Below, piece after piece: positions 40,972 through 52,567 of a stretch of DNA of 64,000 nt. Position 1 is the stretch's first letter. Every line of letters begins with the position of its first letter. The stretch is from Octopus sinensis (Eukaryota): positions 20,534,464 to 20,598,463 of the forward strand of contig NC_043011.1 of the NCBI RefSeq assembly GCF_006345805.1, written 5' to 3'. A program made the position numbers and the translations under genes. Below the pieces are notes generated by a model that was not told the origin of the DNA, did not search any database, and worked only from the letters and a program-made list of their open reading frames with translations.

Positions 40972-41613
40972 CTACTCTTTTACTCTTTTACTCCTTTACT
41001 TGTTTCAGTCATTTGACTGTGGCCATGCTGGAGCGCTGCCTTTTTTTAGTTGAGCAAATCGACCCCAGGACTTATTCTTTGTAAGCCTAGTACTTATTCT
41101 ATCGGTCTCTTTTGCCAAACCACTAAGTTACAGGGGACGTAAACACACCAGCATTGGTTGTCAAGCGATGTCGGGGGGGGGGACAAACACAGACACACAA
41201 ACATACACACACACACACACACACATATATCATCATCATCATCGTTTAACATCCGTTTTCCATGCTAGCATGGGTTGGACAGTTCGACCAAGGTCTGGGA
41301 AGCCAGGAGGCTGCACCAGGCACCAGTCTGATCTGGCAGTGTTTCTACAGCCGGATGCCCTTCCTAACGCCAACCACTCCATGAGTGTAGTGGGTGCTTT
41401 TTACGTGCCACCGGCACAGGAGCCAGAGGAGATTGGCAAACGGCCACGATCAGTTGGTGCTTTTACGTGTCACCGACAGGCTTCTTTCAGTTTCCATCTT
41501 TCAAATCCAGTCACAAGGCTATAGCAGAAGACACTTGCCCAAGGTGCCACACAGTGGGACTGAACCCAGAACCATGTGGTTGGTAAGCAAGTTACTTACC
41601 ACACAGCCACTCC
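40972..41613 (-). mobile_element. SINE family A with a family D element nested in its central microsatellite
   Basis: The A-family tail and head flank 41228-41478 (family D). The post-insertion part resumes at acaggcttctttcagtttcc. Confidence 0.8.
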
Positions 41614-41979
41614 TCCTTCTGTTCACATATTGTTCATATCTCTTACTACAACCATCACAGACACAAAACAAATCCCTTGGAAACTATAAACTACATCTCA
41701 TTAGCTAGTCATAGTTACCTTGACTACCAGCTACACCTGTATGCACATCACATCTGAATTCTAGGTTCATTGTCAATCTGCCAGGGATCCTACTGCATCT
41801 GTTGACCCCAATAGTAGCTTATTTATTTGGAACAAGGTAAATAATTATGGTTTTAAGTTTTGGCACAAGGTCAGCTATTTCTTAGGGAAAGAAGATTAAT
41901 TAATTACATTGACCCCACCCAGAATGCAACTGGTTCTTATTTTATCATCCCAGTAAGGATGGAGGGTAAAGTTGACTTT

Positions 41980-42247
41980 AAAAGAAAGAAAGAAAGAAAG
42001 AAAGGAAGGAAGGAAGGAAGGAAAGAAAGAAAGATGGATGGATGGATGAACAGGCAGATAGATAGACAGATAGATAGATGGATGGATAGATAGACAGAAA
42101 GAAAGGAAGGAAGGAAGGAAGAAAGGAAGGAAGAAAGAAAGGAAGAAAGAGAGAAAGGAAGGAAGGAAGAAAGAAGGAAGAGAGAAAGAAAGGAAGGAAG
42201 AAAGAAAGGAAGAAAGGAAGGAAGGAAGGAAGGAAGGAAGGAAGGAA

Positions 42248-42278
<31 letters not shown>

Positions 42279-42312
42279 GGAAGGAAGAAGAAGAAAGAAA
42301 GAAAGGAAGGAA

Positions 42313-42350
<38 letters not shown>

Positions 42351-42400
42351 AGGATGGATGGATGGACAGGCAGACAGATAGATAGACAGACAGATAGATG
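41980..42400. repeat. (GAAA/GGAA)n polypurine tract with (GATA/GATG)n blocks
   Basis: Direct reading. Confidence 0.92.
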
Positions 42401-42965
42401 TATGTGAATAATTTATTGTGTGTGCATGTGTATACCAACAGCCAGCCAGTCAGACAGACAAACGCTTAAAGTAATAATAACACTTCAGATAATCCGGTGT
42501 TGTTAATAACATCACTTAGACACAATGAATTCTGAGAATATTGCGAACCATATTTCATGAGTTCAGTTCCTACCCTCTGTTCTGTCAAGAGAGATCTTTG
42601 GGCAATACACATTCCTTTTGCTTTACTATTTTTGAAAATTTTCTCAAAACAAAATATATGAATTCTTCACACTCACCACACCCAAAGCTGTTGACTTTGT
42701 TGTTGTTGGTGTTGCTGTTGTTGCTATTGTGGTTATTGTTTAGCTATGAGTCAGCCCTAACTGAACAAACTTATTGTTAAAGACATTCCAGTATTGACCA
42801 TCAAAAAAATTTTTTTTTGTCTTGAACATAGTATACCTTAAACTTCAAATATCTAATGCACTGTTTCCCAAACTTACACTTTTACTTTTGAGGAACCCTT
42901 GAAAAACATTTTGTCCCATCGGAAACCCCTACACAAAAATCATTACATATATATAGAGAATTATA

Positions 42966-43176
42966 TACTCTTTACTCTTTTACTTGCTTCAGTCATTTGA
43001 CTGTGGCCATGCTGGAGCACCGCCTTTAGTCAAGCAAATCGACCCCAGGACTTATTCTTTGGAAGCCTAGTACTTATTCCATCGGTCTCTCTTTTGCCGA
43101 ACCGCTAAGTTACGGGGACGTAAACACACCAGCATCGGTTGTCAAGTGATGTTGGGAGACAAACGCAGACACACAA

Positions 43177-43209
<33 letters not shown>

Positions 43210-43374
43210 CATATATACAACGGGCTTCTTTCAGTTTCCGTCTACCAAATCCACTCACGAGGCTTTGGTCGGCCCGAGGCTATAGTAGAAGACACTTGCC
43301 CAAGGTGCCACGCAGTGGGACTGAACCCGGGACCATGTGGTTGGTAAGCAAACTACTTACCACACAGCCACTCC
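42966..43374 (-). mobile_element. SINE family A copy
   Basis: Consensus match. Confidence 0.9.
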
Positions 43375-43397
43375 TACACCTATATATGTAGCATTAA

Positions 43398-43610
43398 CCC
43401 TTTAGTGTTCGCATTATTCTGACAAAATTAATCCTTTTTTATCCACATTGTTTTGAACTAATTATCTTGTAGCGATGAGATTTTGATGAGGTACCTGTAA
43501 TTTTTAAAACAATATTGTAGGGTTGGTGTGAGAGACCAGATCTAGCTAGTTTGACCATGAAACAGGCAGAATACTTTCAGCCGGATATGGCTGGTTTAAA
43601 TGCTAAAGGG
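43398..43610. mobile_element. TTAA-flanked MITE (piggyBac-like)
   Basis: TTAA|CCCTTTAG...CTAAAGGG|TTAA. Relatives lie at about 4670-4895, 12270-12445 and 54412-55162. Confidence 0.8.
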
Positions 43611-43915
43611 TTAAGCATGAAAATGACTCAAAAAGGCTTTTGTATTAGCACATTTATCTCTAGTTCTCAAAGAACCTCAGGTAAACTATCACAAACCCTT
43701 AAGTTCTTGGAAACATTGGTAAGGAAACTTTAATCTAATTCATTCTCTCCTTTCCCTTCCTTCTTTTGCGGGATGATAGGATATGATTTGAAGGAGAATT
43801 AACTCTTATTTGTAACAAATCAAGCAGCCAAATTACAAGTTCCATGATGATCATATTAACAAAAATGGCAGAGGAATTGTAAATTGAGAAATCAAAGAAT
43901 TTTCAAAATACTTAC

Positions 43916-44051
43916 ATTTACTTCTAGTCTTTGGAGTTTCAGGTAATTTGCGTGGCCGTCGAGGTGTCTTTGGTTCATTGCTGTTACCAGATGTGTTCTG
44001 GGGCCATTCTTTGTGATTAACATTGTTTACTGTTTTTGCAGGAAGTACTGA
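43916..44051 (-). CDS. MAPK8IP1: JIP1 coding exon B (136 nt, phase 0 in, phase 1 out)
   Basis: ccattttag|TCA...AAA T|gtaagt. Encodes SVLPAKTVNNVNHKEWPQNTSGNSNEPKTPRRPRKLPETPKTRSK. Phases fit both neighbours. Too short to appear in the ORF track. Confidence 0.85.
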
Positions 44052-44166
44052 CTAAAATGGAACAAGAAAATAACAAAATAAACAAAATTTGTTAATGTTT
44101 CTTGGTACTTCTAACAATTCAGTTTAAAAAAATGATTTAAGAGAAATGCATGAATATATAAATAAA

Positions 44167-44207
<41 letters not shown>

Positions 44208-44313
44208 CAGGCAGAGAGGCAGGTAGGCAAACAGATAGATAGAAGTGTGTGTGTATATATATCCTCATGTTTTGAGTTCTATTTTTCCTTGTTTGCACCA
44301 CCAAACTTATATA

Positions 44314-44372
<59 letters not shown>

Positions 44373-44661
44373 ACAGGAAGGTTTACGAAAATAAACAAAA
44401 GACGAAGGCAGGTGGAGTACAAACATACATATATATGTGTAAGAGTCAACAACTATTGAAAAGGTTGCAAGACACAACAAACATTTTCGAAAATAAATAA
44501 GATAATCAGTGGAAATCAAACTGCTTAGTGTGTCAAATAATAAGGTACTAAAAGAGAATGACTCTCCCCAGACACAATAATATATGTGTGTACATATAAA
44601 TATATATATATATGTACACACATATAATATTACCTATCTATCTATAATTATATATATTCTT

Positions 44662-45040
44662 TTATTCTTTTACTTGTTTCAGTCATTTGACTGTGGCATT
44701 CTGGAGTACCGCTGTTAGTTGAACAAATCGACCCCAGGACTTATTCTCTGTAAGCCTAATACTTATTCTATTGGTTTCTTTTTCCGAACCGCTAAGTTAC
44801 GGGGGAGGTGAACACACCAACATCGGTTGTCAAGGGATGGTGGGGAGACAAAAACAGACACACACACACACGCATATATATATGGACGGGCTTCTTTCAG
44901 TTTCCATCTACCAAATCCACTCACAAGGCTTTGGTCGACCCAAGGCTATAGCAGAAGACACTTGCCCAAGGTGCCACGCAGTGGGACTGAACCTGGAGCC
45001 ATGTGGTTGGTAAGCAAGCTACTTACCACAGAGCCACTCC
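44662..45040 (-). mobile_element. SINE family A copy
   Basis: Consensus match. Confidence 0.88.
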
Positions 45041-46679
45041 TGTGCCTATATATATATACACACACGTATATATATATGTGTATGTATGTATATATATATT
45101 GTAGTCATCACCAATGCCAGTGTCGTATAACTAGCACCTGTGCCAGTGGTACATAAAAACCACCCTTCGAGTGTTGGCCAAAATGCCGTGCTTGAGAAGA
45201 CCCATGAACCTAAGTGAAATTATAGTTGTGCTCAATGCTAGTGTCACATAACTGGCACCCTTCAAACGTTGGGCCTCATGGAGGCAGTGACAAGTGACCA
45301 AGACCATTGGCAATATACCATGCTTGAGAAGACCTGTTAAGCCAAGTGAGATCATAGTTGTGGCCAATGCCAGTGTTACATAACTGGCACCCATGCCAGT
45401 GGCACATAAAAAGCACCCACTGCAATCTTGGAGTTGTTGGCATTAGGAAGGGCATCCAGCTATAGAAACCATGCCAAATCAAATGCTAGCATGGAAAATG
45501 GACATTAAATTATATATAGAAAATGCTAAAATAATTTTATAAAAAACATTTCAGTACCGGTTTCAGTCATTGAGAATTTTTCAACTGTAAGTATGGAAAA
45601 CAATTAAATTTTAGAAAAATTAAAAGAAAAGTTTTTTAAAAGAATATTTGCATGGTATTCAAATACAAGGGGCATTTTCCTTGTTTCTGCCTTCTCTGTC
45701 TCTATTGTTTACTCTAGTGGGTAGGGAAGAAGAAGAAGAAGAGAAGAAGAAGAAGAAGAAGAAGAAGAGAAGAAGAAGAAGAAAAAGAAGAAGAAGAAGA
45801 AGAAGAAGAAGAAGAAGGGGGAGAAGGAGGAGGGGATGGGGAGGAGGAGGAGGAGGAGGAGAATGCCATGATAGTAGTATGTTAAATGGTCAAGTGCCCT
45901 GAAAGTGACCTGTTGTGGATGGTAGTAGTGATTGAATTATTGAGACATCTCTTTTGAATGTTTTGTTTATAAAATTTGCATAGGTGTTATTCTAAACAGC
46001 AATAATGGTAAAGTTAGGAAGGAGGTGGCGGAGAGGAAGAAGACAAAGAAGGAGAAAGAGAAGGGAGAATAAGAAGGAATGTAGGTAGTATGATAGTAGT
46101 AGGATGTTAAATGGTCAAGTGACCTAAAAGTGACTCGTTATGGAGTATAGCAGTGATTGGAACTGTTTTTTAATGAATTCTTGGGAATCTCTTGGGTGTA
46201 TCATTTTTAATATAACATAAACACCATTACTATGTACACATACACACATGTACAGACATATGTACACACACATACATATGTATATATATCATCATCATCA
46301 TTATCATCATTTAATGTCTGCCTTCCATGCTGGCATGAGTGGGTCAGTTTGGCAGGAGCTAGCCAGGCAGAAGCCTGCACCAGACTTCTGCAACTGTTTT
46401 GGCAGGTTTTTTCCAAATGGATGCCCTTCCTAACATCGACCACACAGCAGAGTGGGCTTAATGCTTTTTACGTGGGACAAGCGCAGGTGAGGTCAGTTTT
46501 GGCAAGCTTTTTACATCTGAATGTCCTATATATATATATATATATATATATGACTGTATGCAACAAAAATCTCCATAAATTATATATATCTATATATATT
46601 TTTGTGCGTATGTGTATCTATATATATATATATTTATATACATTTGTGTGTGTGTGTGTATCTATCTATCTATCTTTAT

Positions 46680-46720
<41 letters not shown>

Positions 46721-47574
46721 CAGAATTGAGATCTTAAAACCAAGGTGCCACTTGAAAAAATTGGTGTTGGTGCTGGTCCCACTTAAATAGCACTGGTGAT
46801 AGTGCTACATAAAAATCACCCAGTACACTCTGTGAAGTAGTTGGCATTAGGAAGGGCATCCAGCTGTAGAAACCCAGCCAAAACAGACTATGGAATTTTG
46901 ATGGTGCACCTACTCTTACCAGTTACTCTCAAGCTGTTCAATGCATGCCAGCATGGAAAACAGACATTAGATGATGATGATGATGATGACATATTGTGAG
47001 ATTCTTTCAGTTTTCCATGTACCAAATCCACTCACAAGGTTTTTGGCTGCCTTGGGGCGGCTATAGCAGAATACACTTGCCAGATGTCACACAGGGGACC
47101 GAACCTGGAAGCACATAGTTGGGAAGCAAATTTCCAGCCTACACTCTCATATCTGTGCCTATTGTGTATCCAATAGATTTTATCTGTGAAAACATTTAGC
47201 AGGTTGATTCATCTATTATTAATACAATTCTTTGTCAACTATAAAAAAATTCAATTATTACTTTATTTTTTAGTGTCATGTGAATACTACTATTTCTTCA
47301 GCTAAATCTGGATCTACAGGCAACTTACAGACTTGGATAATTAATGTGATTCAGCATACGATAAGTGCAGTTATATAAATTTAAAATTACACATGATAAA
47401 GACCATGGCTCAATATAGATACATACATACATGCAAACATACAAACATGCAAGCAGGCATACATACATTCAAGCATACATACATACATACATACATACAT
47501 ACAATAAACAATGCACATGTGAATAGATTGTACACTTTGCTTATGTATGTATATGTATGTATTTTTATGTGTAT

Positions 47575-47810
47575 ATATGTATATGGATGTGAGACCTGAA
47601 CACTAAAGAAAGCTGACCAGAAGAGAATTAATGCATTCAAGCTTTGGTGTTGGAGAAGACTTTTGCGGATTCCATGGACAGTGAGGCTCACCAATGGAGA
47701 AGTTCTTAAGCAGATAAGGCCGAAAATGTTGCAAGAAGCTGGGATCACCAAGCGTAGATTGGCATATTTCGGTCATATTATGTGGAGAGAATCCCTGGAG
47801 AAGGACATCA
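47575..47810 (+). mobile_element. RTE/BovB-like LINE ORF fragment
   Basis: YGCET*TLKKADQKRINAFKLWCWRRLLRIPWTVRLTNGEVL is a typical RTE post-RT motif. Confidence 0.88.
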
Positions 47811-48716
47811 TATATATGCTGCACGTATTATTTAATTTAGACAAATAAACAATAAACAAATATCCAATTATACATATATATATATGATTGGTCGGCCCAG
47901 GGCTATAGCAGAAGACACTTGCCCAAGATGCCACGCAGTGGGACTGAACCCGGAATCATGTGGTTGGTTAGCAATTTCTACAGCTGAGTGAAATGGAGCA
48001 ATGTGAAATAAAGTGTCTTGCTCAAAAACACAACCTCACGATCGTAAGCTCAATGCTCTAACCACTGAGCCATGCACTTTCATCCCTGTATTATAGACAG
48101 CAATTATGAGATTAATACTATTTCTTCTATGAAGGGCAGTGGATTGGCAGAAGTATACATGCATTGAATGAAATGCCTTGTGTTGTATGTTCTATGTCCA
48201 AATCACACTAAGGCCACCTTTGCCTTTTATTATTCTTGGGTTGACAAAATAAAGCACAAGTCTGATATAATTACACGGTGTAACATGATTTTCATCTTTC
48301 AGTAGAGACAATGAAAAATGGCTAACATTTCCTTCAAATTTTGCTTTTGTTACATTTATTCAAACCCCAAAGAATCCCTCTGGACACATGGTTATGATGC
48401 TCCCCCACTACTCCAGCTCATCATCAGAGATGCACATATTGTCAGCCACTAAAGGACATGCTCAAGTGGTTAAAGTCAAGCAACTGACAAGCAAATCTGT
48501 GATATTTAGTAGAATATTTGTTATAATGATATTTCTGTTCTGGCAATTTAGCATTAAATCTGTCTGAAATGTAATGGAAAATAGCTCAGTTTTAAAACAT
48601 TGATGTCCGGGTCACAAAAGTTTGAAGGGAATAGTAGTCATTTCCTTTGGTTTCAAGATAGAAGCAAACAAGAAATAATACCAAAGACAAAAAAACAATT
48701 AAAATGTTGTTACACA

Positions 48717-49085
48717 GGAGTGGCTGTGTGGTAAGTAGCTTGCTTACCAACCACATGGTTCCAGGTTCATTTCCACTGCATAGCAACTTGGGCAAGTGTC
48801 TTTTACTATAGCCTCGGGCCGACAAAAGCCTTGTGAGTGGATTTGGTAGACAGAAACTGAAAGAAGCCCATCGTATATATATATATGTATCTGTTTATAT
48901 ATGTTTGTGCGTCTGTGTTTGCCCCCCAATGCTGGTGTGTTTGCGTCCCTGTAACTTAGCGGTTCGGCAAAAGAGACCGATAGAATAAGTACTAGGCTTG
49001 TAAAGAATAACTCCTGGCATTGATTTGCTCAACTAATGGCGGTGCTCCAGCATGGCCGCAGTCAAATGACTGAAACATGTAAAAG
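48717..49085 (+). mobile_element. SINE family A copy
   Basis: Consensus match. A 5'-half copy follows at 49881-50035. Confidence 0.88.
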
Positions 49086-49273
49086 AGTATTATCGGTTCA
49101 CTTCGACCAAATTCTGACCTCATGCCTATTTAGGAAGTTATCATTTACTTCTACTGTGTTATTGACTGTCACTTTGGCCAGTTTCTTAGTTGCTGAAGAT
49201 GAGGTTAATGCTCAAAATATTAAAGGCCAACAATAACAAATCAGAGCTAAAATGATGTAGACCGTCTACTTAC

Positions 49274-49772
49274 CTGCAAGTAACGATTGCTGTCCATGGT
49301 GGTGATGGCACCATTTGTATTGGCAGCAGTTGTGTTGTTGTTATAGGTGTTCTTGGTAACAGTGTTGTTTGTGAAAGTGTTGGCTGTAGTGTTAGTGGTG
49401 TTGCTTGTGCCCATTCTACTTTTTGTGTTGGTGAGTCCATTATCGTTTCCTTTATCACTATTGCTGTGCAGTTGTTTATTGATTTCATTCTTTCGAAGGA
49501 CCATTTCAGAGTCTGACGCCTTGTAAATTGGTTTGTCGTATGTCGTATTCGTTTTTGTGCTTCCGTAATTTCCGACATCTTTGCCGGTAAATTCCTCGAC
49601 ATCGGATTTCTCTTGAAATAATGGTACCACTGTTTTCTCGGTAACATCATATTTTCTTTCTTTCTCTTTGTTTTGCGTCAGAGAGTAAAATTCCAGCTCT
49701 TTTGGATTGAAGTCAAATTCTGCGTCAGTATCATCATCAGGAAAACTGTCCAGGCTAATGTCATGGGCGATT
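49274..49772 (-). CDS. MAPK8IP1: JIP1/Aplip1 coding exon A (first exon found; 499 nt, phase 2 in, phase 0 out)
   Basis: Acceptor tttccag|A ATC GCC CAT and donor TTG CAG|gtaagt. Encodes (R)IAHDISLDSFPDDD..., matching the JIP1 N-terminal RLTHDISLEEFEDED motif, followed by a T/N-rich stretch ending SNRYLQ. Confidence 0.88.
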
Positions 49773-50031
49773 CTGGAAAGGGATTTTAAAAAAAACAAAA
49801 ACAATTAATATTTTTATCATGGAATTAAGTAAATTAAAAAATCAAATAATTAAACATCCAAATTTCATTAATATAGGTGCAGGAGTGGCTGTGTGGTAAG
49901 TACCTTGCTTACCAACCACATGGTTCCGGGTTCAGTCCTATTGTGTGGCACCTTTGGCAGGTGTCTTCTACTATAGCCTCAGGCTGACCAAAGCCTTGTG
50001 AATGGATTTGGTAGACAGAAACTGAAGGAAG

Positions 50032-50068
<37 letters not shown>

Positions 50069-50086
50069 GACGTTAAACGATGATGA

Positions 50087-50133
<47 letters not shown>

Positions 50134-50316
50134 ATATACATATATATATATACATATATAATATATATATTATATATATATATATATAGATATATATATA
50201 TAATATTATATATATACATATATATATAATTGTTAAAGAGGACAACAAACTTTAAGGCAAAGCAAACATCTCAAGTCACACACATTATTATTATTATTAT
50301 TAGAAAAATATTCAAA

Positions 50317-50372
50317 GTCTTACAGCTGTTTCTGGGATATCCCAGAGTATGGGGTATTCCATCATCAGAGAC
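50317..50372 (-). ncRNA. minimal type I hammerhead ribozyme motif (Penelope-like-element type)
   Basis: Minus strand reads GUCU CUGAUGA UGGAAUACCCCA-UACUC-UGGGAUAUCCCA GAAA C-AGCU-G U A AGAC. Intact core, 4-bp stem I, 10/12-bp stem II, palindromic stem III and a GUA cleavage triplet. Activity untested. Confidence 0.72.
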
Positions 50373-51000
50373 GAATAGGGAAAATGAGAAGGCTATAGAT
50401 TAAAGAAATGACAACATAGAGGACAGGAGTAAAGGAATATGCTTCTTTTTTCTTCTCTTTCATCATCTCCTTATTTCTTAACATTTGTTGTCCTCTTTAC
50501 CAATTATATATCCGCTATATCAGACATCTGCAATGGTTCCATAACTATGCATGACTGCATTCAAATGGCTGAAGCAAGTAAAAAAATAAAAGAATAAAAT
50601 AATCTGAGATGAGTTGTTAACCTCATTACACTCTTCACAGCATTCCATGTTTAATTTTAATTAATCAATTTTAATTAATCAATTAATTAAAATTTTGAGA
50701 TTATCTCCCCTATCACTTTTATGAAAATTAGTCATTTAGAAAATGATCGGTCTCATTGGTTAAGGGTGTAATTTTAATAAATGTTTCTGAGGTTACTATG
50801 TGAAGTATGCTCGCATCAGCTTTACTATTTGGAGATATATGCCTTATCTTTAAAGATGATGCATTTTAGGGATGATGAGAAGCATAAACTAAATAATCAC
50901 CATATGCAAAACCAAAGTTCATGCCAAATGCTTTATCTTTAATATGTATGTGTGTATATACTCAGATACATTAATATATCTATCTATCTATCTATCTAAA

Positions 51001-51066
<66 letters not shown>

Positions 51067-51081
51067 AATATAAATATACTG

Positions 51082-51168
<87 letters not shown>

Positions 51169-51316
51169 CAGAAATATGTTACGAAAAGAAAATATAAAAT
51201 ACATGTGGAAATGTAAGGGTAAAATATGAAAAATCAACGAAAATGCACATGTATATATATATATATTTCAGTCAATCTAAATATGTATATATTTGTCGTT
51301 ACCTATCATAAACATA

Positions 51317-51358
<42 letters not shown>

Positions 51359-51446
51359 TACATATATATATGTACATATATATCTAATAGATATATTCCA
51401 AGTAAGTTTTATCTATCTATCTATTTAGCTAGCTAGCTAGACAGAC

Positions 51447-51567
<121 letters not shown>

Positions 51568-52154
51568 AATTGATTGAATAATGTGTCTTTTCTCTTTGAC
51601 TTCTCCTCCTCTCCATTTGTATAAAAACCAAGAAACCTTCTACAAAATTCATTTTGAAAAATCTTCATGAATGGATGAAAGCACTGATAAAGAATTATCC
51701 AAAATATCTGACTGCTTCCCTTTTCTTCATATACAATATATGTACATCACTTCAAACACTATATATATATATATATATATATCATGATAGATCAGTAGCC
51801 ACTACACACATTTTTTTTCTCTCCTTGTTTTTTTCTGTGTCCCTTTCTGTAGAAGAGCGTAGGCTCGAAATGTAAAAGACTTTTTCAATTCCTGAGTATT
51901 ATACTAATACATCTGTTTGTTTTCTACACCACCTGTCTTCGCCTTTTGTTTTTTTTTGTGAACTCTCCCTATATATATATATATATAAGCAACAAGGATA
52001 TCCAAGGTAGAATAGTACAATTGTTTCATGCTGCTTCATTTTATTAAACCCTGTAAGTATATCATCAGTTTTAAAATCTCGAGCAATCTTCAGCCACATA
52101 TCGAATTTTTCAATTAAACAGAGAATGCACATTCTTATACTTATTTCATTATGC

Positions 52155-52232
52155 CTTCTACTATAGCCTTGTGAGTGGATTTGGTAGACGGAAACTAAAA
52201 GAAGCCCGTTGTATATATATGTATATATATAT

Positions 52233-52309
<77 letters not shown>

Positions 52310-52567
52310 TATATATATATGTGTGTGTGTATATATATATGTGTGTGTGTGTGTTTATGTGTCTGTGTTTGTACCCACAACATCGCTTGACAACCGATGC
52401 TGGTGTGTTTACGTCCTCGTAACTTAGCGGTTCAGCAAAAGAGACCAATAGAATAAGTACTAGGCTTACAAAGAATAAGTCCTGGGGTCAATTTGCTCAA
52501 CTAAAAAAAGGCAGTGCTCCAGCATGGCCGCAGTCAAACGACTGAAACAAGTAAAAAAGTAAAAGAG
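52155..52567 (+). mobile_element. SINE family A copy, 5'-truncated
   Basis: Consensus match from ctactatagcc onward. Confidence 0.85.

Noticed and set aside
45650-45900. Plus-strand poly-E/K/R/G ORF with an acceptor-like site
   Set aside because: A (GAA)n/(GGA)n microsatellite, with no partner exons on the plus strand.
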